Assembly: GCF_964355755.1 (NCBI RefSeq)
Contig: NC_092670.1
Location: forward strand, 18,524,795-18,588,794
Length of the DNA: 64,000 bases
Direction: 5' to 3'
DNA from: Antedon mediterranea
Lineage: Eukaryota > Animalia > Echinodermata
A program made the translations under genes and the position numbers. The notes below the pieces were generated by a model. It worked only from the letters and a program-made list of their open reading frames with translations. It was not told the origin of the DNA and searched no databases. Positions 37,201 through 50,835 of this stretch are shown here, in pieces; positions within the stretch are counted from its first letter, which is position 1; each line of letters opens with the position of its first letter.

Positions 37201-40200
37201 TTTTATCATTATTAATTTATCTGTTGTATCTATCAATTTTCTAATGATGACATCGCAGTTTGATGTCGACACAGACACACAATAAGTAAAACGCCAGAGA
37301 ATAGACAACAATGCATGCTATTTAAAGTTAGTTCTAAATATTTAATATACTATCACTATTAAAATTACTTGCACCTAATTAAATTTAATTTAATTAACAA
37401 TTTGATTTACAAAAATTATGTAGAGAAATCTAGGGATAAGTTTTAAAAAGGGTGGTTGGTAAAAAATAACAGTACATTTGGTACCGAGACTTGTCTTGGG
37501 TGTAGGTGTTAAAATTACGTTGAGTAGAAGGCAAAAATAAGTTTTAGGCTGGGTATAGAGACTTTAAGATTCACCTCTGCCCCAGCACAATTATCTATCA
37601 TCCATGTACTGCAGTATTTTTAGCATTCCACTCTATGTCGACGATATATCATCATCAGTACTTTAATAATAATCGTGTTTCCATGACAAGCTTAATTTAA
37701 AACCATGAATATTAAATGTTTGTATAGTATCATATTTCAGACTACTTGCTTTACCTTTTCTTGATTGCACATCTTTGGAATTTGTTTTAATTCAAGAACA
37801 GATAGACCATCCTTGCACTGTATATTACAGTACACTACAGTACAGTATATCAAAAACTAATAAGGCTAGAGGACAAACTGTACTTTAATAGATTGTTTGC
37901 TATTTATTATTAATATTAATAATGAGAAAAAAATAATAATAAAACAGCACAGCAATATGAATAAATTTATGTGTATCTAGGGTGATCTATTTATATTCAC
38001 AATTTTTATTGATTATTTTTCCATTATGATTGATTTAAATAATAAAATATTATATTAGCTATTATTAAAAAAATAGGCAGAGTAGAATACAATCTATGTA
38101 TATTAGCAAGTTATGATAATTTTTTTTTCTTTTTTCACGTTCATACAGTACACATTTATTCAGTTATATTATAAACAATAAAAACTGGGCCCGTACTAGA
38201 AGCAAAAGCTTCTCTCATGAAGGCCCAAATGAGATAAAAGATTGTAAATAGCAAAAAAATGTAAATTAATTTGAAAACAATAAAATAAGAATATAACAAG
38301 TTGTCATTCCAATATCAGTTACTGTGTATTGCTATAGTACTGTACTATCTATTCCAATATCAGTTACTGTGTATTGCTATAGTACTGTACTATCTATTCC
38401 AATATCAGTTATTATATAACACCTATATAAATTCCTGTCATTTGATTGGACGAATGTGGGTCACATGGCGTGCAATAGTACGCACTATTCAACGATCGTT
38501 AAATAGTACTTTTTGAAACATTTTTGTGTACGAAAAAAAAACGTCTAGATGTTATATAAAACAAATAATGAATGTTTTGTATTCGTGTAATGGTACAAAT
38601 AATGGCACTTGGTGAATGATGAAAGGTTATATCAACTCGGCTTTGCCTCGTTGATATAACCTTTCATCATTCACCTCGTGCCATTATTTGTACCATTGCA
38701 CTCATAAACATTCATTATTTGTATACTGTGTATTGCTATAGTACTGTACTATCTTTCCTTAAAGATGTATTGTCCCCCTGGAAAAATAATTCTAATAAAA
38801 AAATTATTGTTGACAACGCCATTTTAATGTAACATAATAGTTATCCACTTTGACCAAAAATTGGATCAAAAAAATGTATTTACCTGAAAAAACTGTAATT
38901 TAAAGCAAAAAAATTGCCAAATTGGCTGCCAGTCAGTGGGTTTTTGGTTGAATTTAACCATTTATTTTGTAAATTTATAGATGAAAACATTATTTTTTTT
39001 CATTTTTTTTTTCTATGGAAGTGATTAACTTTATCAAAACTACAAAATAATATATTCAAAGTCTGATTTAATTAATCTTCATTTTTCCTGATTTTGGGGG
39101 ACAATGCCTCTTTAATGTTTAATTTTCGCTTACAACAATTTTAGTCATACAGTAAAGAGGGATCAATGTAATGTAAACACAAAGTTTTCCAACATAGTTT
39201 CAATGCCAAATTTACTGAAAACTATAGTAATAAAAATGTATTTTATGTAGATTTTGTTGTAATCATCACTCATTTAACTTTTTTGTTTTCTTTTCAGATG
39301 GAAAACTTAATAACCGATATGCAAAATGTTGAAAATGGAGTTCCAGTTGGAAGCCAGAAGACTTTCCTCTCAGTTGTCCCCAGTGCTTTCACAGGTACTG
39401 TATACAGTTCAGAAGGTTATTGAAACAAGGAGTGGTGGGAAGTGGGAGAAGAATGGTTTGTTTTGGAAAAGTGTATTGCTGATAGGAATGCTAGTAATAA
39501 TTGACAGAGTATTGTAAAGATACAGAGTATTGTTTAGTCTGGGTTCCAGACGGAGTTTTGTCTTAATATTAGTAAAAAGATAAATATTTTGGCACATATG
39601 GCGTTTCATACGTATACTACTTGATTTTGGATACTCCGTCTGGGGAAACACGCACAAGTCACGTGGTTTGACACCAAGAATTCTTGGTGCATACGATTAT
39701 CCGGTTGACTAGTTTCAGCTGCATGCGATTGGCTACTCACTCGTACACCGTTTTAATATTCATATTTCAGAATTTCAAAGACTCAACAACTAAGATGATG
39801 CGCATGCGCTATGGTATGTACTTGGGTACATTTATGAAAGTTTCTGAAGGCTAGAAATTATTTTATATGCCTAGTAGTCTGGTAAACATTTGATGGGATT
39901 TTTCCCAAGAACATGAAAACTCGTCTTGATATGATAGGCTAGCTTCTCCGCAAATCAAACATTGAATGGATCATTTATTACGCGGAGATAATTTTGATTT
40001 AATTCCCACCCAGACCCTGTCCTGTTCTGTGTGGTGGTGTAGCCCTGTTGTTGTGTGCCGCCGGTGGTGGTATGTAGGCCTACTTTATTGGCGTTTTATT
40101 TGGCAGGTCATACGTGCGAATTTAGGACCTACGAAAGAGGCCTAGGCCAAGGACTAAACAATTAATAAACAAAACAACTTGGCATTACGATTTTATATTT

Positions 40201-43200
40201 CAACAGTCTCGATCGTACATTCAGCACTGTACGTACTCGATCTTTTTAATTTTGAAACAAAATGATCATTGGTTGATTCGAAATCCATATTTACATACCG
40301 CACGCCCCATATAGCCAAATACGGTATGATAAACTACGTCATTCTTATCGGATGTTTGCGGTCTGCAAATCGATTTCTATACGTGTTTCACAAGTCTGTA
40401 TTTTCAGACAAAAATCGCGGTCGAAATAAAAACAAATAAATTAAAAAAAAGATAATACAGACTTGGGGCAAGTCTAAGTATTGTTGTAAGTTATGCATGG
40501 GCTTGTACCCACATGAATGTCTTGGAGAGGTGTTCTTCCCTCTTACGGGAAAAGGGTCATGTTGGTTTATCCAGGTAAGTATAGACTACCAAACCACCTT
40601 GGTTTGTGTAAACCTAATATTGATGTGATTGAGAATTTAAAAATAAAGTGTTCATGCTGATGAGGAAAAGGAGTTGGTGATAGTTGAGTGGAATTTCAGA
40701 TGAGAGATAAAAAGGGAAAATCAATAAAATGAGTGGAGGCATCAATATCATAGTATGTAAAAGTCATGTTATTGTTTTTAAGGTTATGATTTTATTGAAT
40801 GGTTAATGGAAAGATTAGGAACACAGGATTGTACAGAATCTCTCCATCTTGCCAATCTTTTATGTCAGTATGGTTACATATTTCCTGTTCAAGAAATGAA
40901 AACGCTTGTTGTCCGTGATGATGGAACGCTCTACCGATTTCAAAGTCCATATTTTTGGCCTTCGCAAAACAGAAACCCTGACAGCACAGATTATGGTTAG
41001 ATTATTAATTTTATTAATTGTAGAAAAAAGCATGGATAATTTATGAACTTTATTTCAGAATAAAAACTGGAATTGATGACCAAAATCAGCAGTTGAATAA
41101 AACGAGAAATTATGAATTTCCTAAACTTAATCTGTGTACCAGTATAAACACTTATCTGCGTGTCCAATCTTAAAAACAACATGGGATAATAATATTATAT
41201 GTAGTGGTTTGATTTATTGCTGGTAATATAATATTACAATGAAGAATTATTATTACTTTGACAAAGAAGAAACTGTGCCAATAGGATTAATTACACTATA
41301 GAACATCAAAGACTGCAAAGTATAGCAAAATGCTTGAGAGAGCATAAAACACATCTGCACTTGCGCACATGATTTATTTGTTTGTAACATATACAGTAAA
41401 ACGAAGAAAAACTGTTGTTGTTTCTTGACCTAATACTCAGACAAGCTTAGCTGAAACTGTCATCTCAATGTTTTACATTATTACATACACATCATTCGTA
41501 GACTACAAAGCAATAGACTCATACTATTTATAACATTAAGCCAAGACAACCCTAAAACATTTTACTTCGGTATATAGTGTTAAACATTTTTGGTTTAGTA
41601 AGCTTAGCAAACCAACAATAACACACCTTTGTAGTTATTAACGTACTAAATAAATTTGATTTTAATAATCTTCAACCTTGGGACTTTTGTGCTGGTTTAT
41701 TCTAGCATGTTTATACTGTTGGTCAGATATTAAATAATGATGATGATGCACAGTTTGCAGCAACAAATGTTAATTTGAAATTGTTTGTCTATTATAATAA
41801 CCTTAACAAATCTGTAGTGATAATTGACAGTTCTATAAAAACTAAAGCATATAAACGCTCTTTATTAAATATCAGAAAAACACTGGTGGTAATTTTGTGT
41901 GGTTAAAAACACAATAGTATCATCATAGTCTTTTAAAATACTAAGGTAATAGGTTAACGATGTTATTATTGTTTATTTATAGCTGTCTATCTTGCAAAAA
42001 GAAATTTGAGTAATAAACAAAAACACAGCCTTGAAGAATACGAAGTTGTAAGTGTATTCATTATAACATTCACCTAGTATACAGTATGTACACCTTAATA
42101 TTAACACTGCCCTAAAGATGCCACAATAACATAGGTCTAGATTAATTTATAATAATGTAACTGGCTAGTTCATGGACTATACCATTTGTGGAGAGGGGTG
42201 TTCAAAGAAAATGTCTACTTTTCAAGGTATATCTCGCTCTTTGAGGAGAAAGACTATTGTCGGTTTATCCAGGTAAGCTAGCACTCATGGTCTGCCAACA
42301 CCACTGTTGGTGTATGTATGTATGTATCTTTACGAAGACTTGTAGGTCAGGCATCAGTGTCATTTTTTGTTGTACATGCAAAAAATTTTTTTATTTTTAC
42401 ATAGAGTGCTCTTACAAAGCTGAAACAAATGCTAAGTCATAAATGGGAGTTTGTATTACTTCAAGCCCAAGAACAAATAAGGTACAGTTTTTGTGCAAAA
42501 GATCATTTAGATCTCTAGTGGTCTTAGTGGTACTGGTAATCAGCGTATATAGGAACTCTTTGTATAGTATGTACAGTGTACAATTCTAACACTTGGTATC
42601 ATACAACGTAATGCTCTCACGTTACGAAAGAAAATGATGACGGTGGTAAGTTGGTACGTTCCCACATGAGGGCGTGGTTGCGGACTGGTTCATTATAATA
42701 CAGGGGTGTTCTAGGAACTTTTCACTTTCGTATCTAAAGCCCTCCCTCTGGAGAACACGGGTTATTGTCGGTTTATACAGGTAAGCTAGCACTCATAGAC
42801 TACTAACACCACTTCTGGTTTGTGTATTTAGATCTCTAGTGGTCTTAGTGGTACATAACTTTATGATAGACACAGTTGCCATTAATGTTATATTTTGGAC
42901 TATTCATTATTCAACACTGGTACTATTTTACAGATGATTAAAATAAAATTATATCAATTTCCAAGAAAATTAGTCAATGATGCATTCTTTTCATTTATGT
43001 GAGGAAAAAAAATTAGTTCATCTGTTTTATTAATTTTTTTTTAGGATTGCAAAACAAAGGAAAAAAACTGACCGATTAATTTTGAACAGTCAAGAACGTG
43101 CATTTTGGAGAGTTCATCGGCCCCCTGTAAGTCCAGTCATTGACTATTAAATTCCATTATTTTTGTTTTTTTTGTCTTGTATTATTCAGTCTATAAATCC

Positions 43201-46200
43201 TCAATATCACAATAATATAATAGTTTTGCTATTTGTAATCTTTAGCCAGGGCAAATAAATTGTTTAGAAAATGGAATCAGGGGAGCCTACACACTAAGAA
43301 TAGCATGTCCACTACAACGCAAGAACACTGTTGAGAGATACAAAAAGCAGGTAAGGCAGCATATTCATTGGGGTCTATGGCTTTGATTCTGCAGCCAAAT
43401 AAAAAATTATTGGTTGATTTTTTAACCAATCAGATAATTAATTAAAAAACACAGTTGGCAATCTCAGTTATTACCGAACAACCAAGTGCCTGATCACAAT
43501 GCAACAATGTTGTCCTCAGGTCAAATGTTAAAAATTATCGCATTTATCGGCTAATTATCTGATTTGCGATGCGATTTTTATCAGTTAATTTTTGGCTGCA
43601 GAAACATGGCCTATGAATGTACTATCTATATTTGTTATGTATACAGTGTAAAACTATTAAGGTGTTGTTTTTGTTGTACGCTGCCCCTTCTGTCGTTTTA
43701 CACCAAAGTGCTCTGACGTCCTTATAAGATGCGCTTTCTCTTTTAACGAACAAGCGTGTCCTCTGAATAGGGTTTTTCCAAAAGAAAGCTTCCACAGTAA
43801 ATTCAAAGACTTTAGTGCCAACAGCTCCAATACAACATAAAGCTTATGTAAGCAACGCCTACTGTATATTTGTAGTGTTATTTAATATATAGTTTGAATC
43901 ATGTGATTGTGCGGTTGATTGTCGTTTCAAAGAGGTCGCAGATAATCATTTTGATTGAACAATAATAATGGCATGCTGACATTGCACAAAAAATGCTTTT
44001 ATTGATCAATTATTTACTCAGTAATAAAATAATTGTTTTTATTGATTGTAAATATGTTAATGATATTATACAATTAACCATGAACATAGTAGCATAGTGC
44101 ATTTAACGGTGATTTTCTCGTACCACCAGACACCATGTTACGCTTCATTGCTCATGTTTATTCATATTTGTTGTTGTCATGGTGATAATTCCATCTTTGA
44201 ATGATCCCTGACAGAGCCACTCCTGCCTTGATTACATTTTGTGGATGCGTTGTCGTGACGATGTAAATTTGTATTGAGTTGTAATTGGTGTTATAACCAT
44301 GCTTGTCCTAATAAGCAAACTGATAAGGAAATGTAATTTTAATAGCAAATAAATTCTTGTGATGCTAATATAGATAGCCATTTCTTTTACGCTATGTATA
44401 CTTGATACTATCAAGTTCTAGATTCTCTACAAATCATATTCAATGCAAATTATTTACAGGGGCAGATCTAGCTAAAATGAAATTATTAACTACTACTGTA
44501 TTTGATTATCTATTTTTGACAGATTTTTAGTATTATGTATATTTTATTTTTACTATATTTAATGAGGGTGATCCATCCAGCAATTGCTAATCATTAGGGA
44601 CCCTCAGAGAGAGGTTCACAAGACAAACATACACAAGATTATCTACATAAACAAAGTCTTATTACAAGTCTTTGGGAGTGGAGTTGTAATTTTGTCCTTA
44701 GAAAAAATCCTGACATGTGATGGGACTTGAAGCCAGGACCCTTGGAGTAGTAGCCAAGCATCATAACCACCAAGCCACAACTCCACTCCTATGCTATCGC
44801 TCCTCTATTTAAAAATCCTCACTTCATATAGTAATACTATTAGTAAAGTGTTACTTATGTTTTGATAATATAGGCCACAATTTGGATGATTAAAATTTTA
44901 ACAAAAAACACTATTTCTATGTTTAAAGTTATTATCATTTTATATTCAAATAAAATATAAATGTTTTGTATTTATTGCTCCTTTTATTGATCTTACACTG
45001 TTGGACAAAATAAAATAAAAATCAATAGTTTGAAAATAATTGAATTTACTTGAATTTACTCATTTAATGAGTAATACAGTTGTATATCATTCTTATTTGA
45101 ATAGTATGGTGACTCATATTTTATAGTATGTATAAGTTTTTCTTTCCTTTTTTAGATTTGTTTTTTAAATATGTTACTATCAAGGTCAAAGATCAAACTG
45201 TCTAAGGCAATACCAAGGTAAGAGCAGGCAACAATTCTATTCTAAAAACTTCATTCTTTGAACCAGACTCAATGTAAACAGATCTTTGTTTTTGCCAAGC
45301 TTGCATTCATATGACACATTTCAAGAATGTTGATGAACTACTAAATGCATATTTATTTTTTGTATATCTTTATAATCTTTAATTGGAAATCATATATGTT
45401 ATTTTTACTAGCTATTTTGAGTTTGGAAAGAAATAGCGGTACTAAAAAAAATATTTTTTGAATGATCAGTGAAAGTATATGATGTTGTAGAACAGCCTCA
45501 GAAGGTTGTGCCCAACCCATTTCCTTAATAATCATTGGAAGGTAAACAGTATTTTTTTAGAGCAGCCTTTACATCAGGTTATGCCCAACCCTTTTCCTTA
45601 ATAAAAATAATCACCGCGAAAAATAACAGTAAAGTTTTGTTGCAAGAATTAAAGCACATGCTCAAACAGTAGCAGGTGTTTTTTTATCGGCTGATCCTAT
45701 AACCGACAAATATTACATTTTACAGAAACAACAAGGAAACTAAAGCTCTGTCGCTGTCAAACTATTTTGACCAAAAAAAGTGCGATGTGCACTAATATGG
45801 TAGTGATATGCCCAAATATGGTAATAATATATCAATATATGGGCACATCCCATTTTGTTGTCACATAAAGTTTGATAGTGTAGACAGAGACTTCCATTGT
45901 TTGTTAGTTTACTATAAAGCTTCACAAAATTAACTTTGTGCACAAAGGGTTACAAAATGTGTGATGAACTGAAGCAGTGAAAAGAAGTGACATTTTGTAG
46001 GCATATTATGCAAGGAACGTTCCACACAACTAGTGAACAACAACATACCAACCAATTTTGTTTTTGATTTATTATAGACATCCCACAAATTAATATACAT
46101 TGAATTATTACAATTTTTTATTAATAATTAATTATTATTAATGAATTAATATGTCCTAGGATGGATACATACATTGGTAGTTTAAAGCGAAGTAATTATT

Positions 46201-49200
46201 CTGACTAAATTATCTATATGTCGATACTTCTTTGTGCCAATGATGAAGAAATAATCTTTTTTCTTGTAGTTCTGTCAAATGGTGTACACAGTACATGGAT
46301 CATGATCCTTTAATATCAGGAGCTCAGCCATCTAATCCCTGGATTAGTGATGATCCCACAATGTGGATATTAAACAATGTATTGTAAGTAAAAATACTAG
46401 AAAAAATAATATAAAAAGTATATTGCAATTATAGGTGAATGTATTATCTGCATTATCTGGATTATTGAATATTGAACAATGTCGTACTAAAAAAATTATA
46501 GTTATATAAATGTATAAAACCTTGTCTACATGATCAAACTTTATGTGACCAAAAAAATGTGATGTGCCGATATATGGACATGATGATGTCATATTACTAC
46601 CATATTTGGGCACATCACACTTTTTTTGTCAAACTAGTTTGATAGTGTCACCAGTCCATGTGGTACAATTCTGTATTCATCATCATCTTCATATACTGTG
46701 CAGAACCTCATTTGAGGATAGTCGCACATGGGTTGGTCACATTTATGCAGGTGGGCTTACTAATTGTGTGGCGGGTGGTGCATGGTGTTTAATAGGACCG
46801 ATGCTTATATGATTTGAACATGCAATATGATATAAAACACATTTATTTTTAGATAACCGTTTAATCCAGTCAAATGAAAGAATTAATAAATAAATATATA
46901 TATGTTTCTTTTTAATGACAGAGTTGATATCCCTACGGAACGACGAGTGTTGCGGTGGTCAATCAGTCTTTGTGATCTACTACAAGACGCAACTGGTCGA
47001 CATCATTTTGAACTTTTTCTGAAGAAAGAGTTCAGTCAAGAGAACATTCGATTTTGGAATGCTTATGAGGAGTTAAAATATGCACCACAATCAATGGTTG
47101 CTGAAAAAGTGAAGGAAATATATGAGTAAGCAGTTATCTTTGTCAACAAATAGAAAAAAACTGTCATAGAGTAGGGGTCACATTAAGGGAAGGGTCACAT
47201 TAAGGGAAATGTCCACTTAATAGGATGGCGTCCCCAGAATTGAGGTGGGTCGTAGTGTTACCCCACATTTGTTTAATGAGAAAGTGTTCCTGAAGATTCT
47301 TCTGTATATTTTATGTGCAATTTAATACCAGTGGAGCTGTAGCTATTCTTGCCTTCCAATCCTAAGGTCCAGGGTTCAACCCTGACTAAGGTTGTAACTC
47401 ACGACTCTTTCAACTCCACTCCCTAAGCCTCAAACTTAGTTTATAAGCACTATCAATTATAAAGTAGTTAATCCATCCTGTAATTTTCCACCGTGGAAAT
47501 GAATTATTTTTTTTAACGCCCCAATTTTCTTGTCTTTACAGAGAATTTCTGGCTCCATGTGCTCCTTGTGAAATCAATGTTGACAGGCAAACGGTTCAAT
47601 TAACTAATCAGTCACTGAAGAAGCCAAACAGATTCTCCTTTGAAGCTGCACAGAAGCATATATTCATCCTAATGAAGAAAGATAGCTATCCACGATTTTT
47701 GAAGTCAGAAGCCTACAAAAACTTGCTTGCTATGTCTTCACAATGCAGTGGGAAAAAGAAGTAATTTTCGCTATTTTTTACATTTTTAAATGTCACATAC
47801 AGTACTTATTGTAATGGGGAGTATAACTTGCGACTTGCAGCCTACTGGGTTGAATTGCGCACAGGTGTGGACAACACATACCACAATTTTTTAGTCAAGT
47901 GCTGCCACCAAATGGTGCCCGTTCGTCTGTCCATGTCAGGGGCTGAATTGACCAGTACACTGTGGTAACCCCCTACTCTTCTGAAAGATGTACTGGGTTC
48001 TTTAAAGTGCACACGAGCCAGTTTTAAGACCTTATTCGAGAAGACGTGTTTTACCACCAGAACAATGGTCGAGGAGTGACTTGAACCTGTGCCGATTGTA
48101 TAGCTTTGGTTTGTCTTAAACGATCGGCCACTCGACTTGATTGTTAGTCATAGACTAGACATAAAGTTGATACATTCAACTCTTCCAATACCATACACTG
48201 TAGGGATGAATGTGGATTTGATTATGGTAAAAATAATTTTGGACCATTTAGACTTCATGAAAGTTTTGGAAGAGTTTTCAGTTTTCATAGAGACCATTAT
48301 TGAGAGAGCCTACTTTAAGACTTAAAAATATTGTTTAAAGGTTTGCATGACAAATAGACACAAAGTAATATTATTTAAAGGTTTGCATGGTGAACAGACA
48401 CGAAGTAAGTGCAACATTATATTTTCCAGATTGTTTGGACGGTTTCGTCCCAAAATAACCCCAGTAGGAACCAAAAGGCGTGGAAGTAGTGGCAGTACTG
48501 AAAGTGACAGTGAACCAAACGGTGACATGCTTGTACATTCATTAAGTACGGGTAACCTAACAGATACAAACCATGCTTTGTACATGCAACAACGGAAGGA
48601 GGATGGTGTGAAGAACATGACTAGGTATTTATCGGGTTTTTTTTTTTTTTGACAAAATGCCACTTTTACCCTCTGGATATACCTTAAAGCAACCTTTAGA
48701 AAGTAAAAAAGAAAGCCTTTGTGGCCTAGCCCATTACAGCCTAGAAAAATGATATTTTACTGTAATAAATCTCTTTCTTGTAAGTAATGTTGTAAATTTG
48801 TTAGCAAGATGTGATATTTTTCACAGCTGGTTTCATCGTAAGGCCGCATCAACCAAATCATATTCACCAGTATCGGTCAGAAATCCAAGGTAACAAGCCT
48901 CAACTGACATTAACTAATGTCACATTTTGTTTAACCTCACCCAGGCTTACTGTTTGAGAAACTGACGTAACAATTTTAGCAATACTAACATTGCAAGATA
49001 CAGTCAGCTTACCCATAACTGAAAACCAGAATATTTTATGGTGAAAATTGCATTCAGAAAATTAGAAATTTGGTCCTGCCAAAAAGTATTGGGAAAGTTG
49101 ACTGTAATATCATGGCTTTTCAGGAAAAATAACAAAGAAATATACCATTTTGGTTTGTAGCTTATGTGTATTCAAGATAACATAACAATGGTTACATTAG

Positions 49201-50362
49201 GAAAATGTATCATAAAGCTCTGTCTACACAAACTAGTTTGGCAAAGAAAGTGTGATGTTCCCAACATCATGTCCATATTATGAGCACATCACATTTTTTG
49301 TGTCACATGATAGTGTAGACATAGCTTAATATTGTACCACAGCTATACCAACAACCCTTACTATATATTTTAATATTTATGCAATTAATACATTATACTA
49401 CTGTTGTATGTATTCAATGCAGGCATGATCATCTTTGTTTCATTTAATTGAAATTTTTTCATTATTTGGTTTACTAATTATAATATTTATTAATATCATA
49501 ATAATTCTTCAATATTAGTATTAATTCAAATATTTTATTTTAATTTTACGGCAGATTTCTAGATATTTCTTTCTCAAATTCGCCAACTGCTTTATACCAT
49601 CATACTTTCACCAGTCAATTTTCTAATTTTGACTTCAATTTCTTAATTTGCTAACCACCGTTTCTGTCTTAAATAGTTTTTGCATGTTGAAACGAAATAC
49701 CATAAGGCTTCTAATAATCACCCTCAGTGAATAATATCATTATTTAATTATTTTTTTACGGTGGGTTACTATTATATGGTAATAGTATATGTATATATAG
49801 TAATATGTTTGGTTACAGTTCAGAACATAACATAAATAGTAACCGTGTTGGTTACTATTAAGAATGGAGGTTACTAATATTATAAAGAGATATTAATAGA
49901 TTATGTTTTTGTGCCACTCATTAAGGCAGTTATATTCAAGAGAATGGAATCATTAGGAAACAGTTACCATGCTGTAGCTTATAGTTTACTACAGCTGAAA
50001 AATGGGTATTTGGAAACTCGGACTCGGAACACTCCCCAAGTGGGAGAAAAGAGTGAAAACATTTGCTGATAAATATTAAGATGCATGTAGACGGTAGTTG
50101 TCGTGAGATGAGCGGCGTTTTTTGTAAGAAATATTTCTTTCGTATATTCATCCTCTCCGCACGTTTCTGACCAGATTCTGATGTTTTTTGTTTTCGTAGA
50201 TTTCAATCACTGCAACCAATCAAACCAACCAAGGACAATTATTTAAAGCCAAACTACCCCCTCAACGTACCAGATGGCAACGACGTCATCAACACCAAAC
50301 TGTCAGAAAAACATTTAATACCAAAGAAAAGCTTGATAACTCCATGGGAGGATGAAGCCTGA
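34221..50362 (+). CDS. R7-family regulator of G-protein signalling (DEP-DHEX-GGL-RGS), RGS9/RGS11/EAT-16-like, ~568 aa
   Basis: Exons 34221-34268, 39298-39394, 40783-40995, 41983-42047, 42405-42481, 43045-43126, 43246-43350, 45156-45217, 46270-46383, 46922-47125, 47542-47760, 48430-48624, 48827-48889, 50200-50362 (1707 nt, in phase). Motifs DDGTLYRFQSPYFWP, DYAVYLAKRN, SQERAFWRVHRP, PSNPWISDD, FLKKEFSQENIRFW, LMKKDSYPRFLKS. The last three exons are less certain. Confidence 0.9.
38306..38754. repeat. 45-bp tandem repeat x3, third unit split by an insertion
   Basis: ATTCCAATATCAGTTACTGTGTATTGCTATAGTACTGTACTATCT at 38306, 38351 and 38396; the third unit resumes at 38726. Confidence 0.85.
38412..38723. 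mobile_element. Non-autonomous element with long 3' hairpin and TA duplication (Crypton-like)
   Basis: Insertion precisely delimited by the interrupted tandem unit, with TA duplicated; ~160-bp hairpin 38561-38722 centred on CTCGGCTTTGCCTCG. Confidence 0.7.
39535..40476 (+). mobile_element. Non-autonomous DNA transposon, AcademH-like (copy 2)
   Basis: 9-bp TSD AGTATTGTT; same termini and nearly the same sequence as 22205-23155. Confidence 0.85.
42190..42830. repeat. Dispersed repeat family (TGTCGGTTTATCCAGGTAAGCTAGCAC core)
   Basis: Copies near 42190-42320, 42740-42830, 40520-40610 and inverted at 12360-12440; class unknown. Confidence 0.55.
44716..44790 (-). mobile_element. tRNA-derived SINE head
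   Basis: Minus strand TGGCTTGGTGG (A box) ... GGCTTCAAGTCC (B box); related degenerate heads near 5980-6025 and 47330-47420. Confidence 0.5.
47820..48136 (-). mobile_element. tRNA-headed SINE
   Basis: Minus strand GTGGCCGATCGTTTAAG..AGGTTCAAGTCAC (A/B boxes) followed by a ~250-bp body. Confidence 0.5.
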
Positions 50363-50835
50363 TTGTCTTATCATTAGTATTATAAAGGTTGGAGAATGAG
50401 TTTAAACAAATGCATGCGGTAACACGCCACAGAATTAGTTCTAAAAATATATACTTCAATGGACGATCCAGTGGCCGTATTCACCATTCACACTGGGGCT
50501 AAAAACGCTCACCCTTAAAATTGTAATAATCTCCTGTCTACATGAATACAATTTAATGGGAATACTTTTGATATTTATTGAGTTGAGTGAAATACTGAGG
50601 AAGCATAATACATGTGCTCCTGTAAGAAGAACCAATTGTTGATATCGCATACCTTTGTTTATTATACAGTAGTAGTATTATAGATATGCTTTCACTCGTG
50701 CATATCTAGCTATAGTCTTTCATTAGGTGAATTTGAGAGTTTGTCATAAGTTTTAATTAAATAGGGAAAATGGTGAGGTAGTCAAGTACTATGCACATAC
50801 AAACTCTTGCTATCTTTAAACCATATCAAATGCAA

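Noticed and set aside
49930-50130. Extra RGS coding exon
   Set aside because: Every acceptor and phase tried hits a stop before the GTAAG donor.
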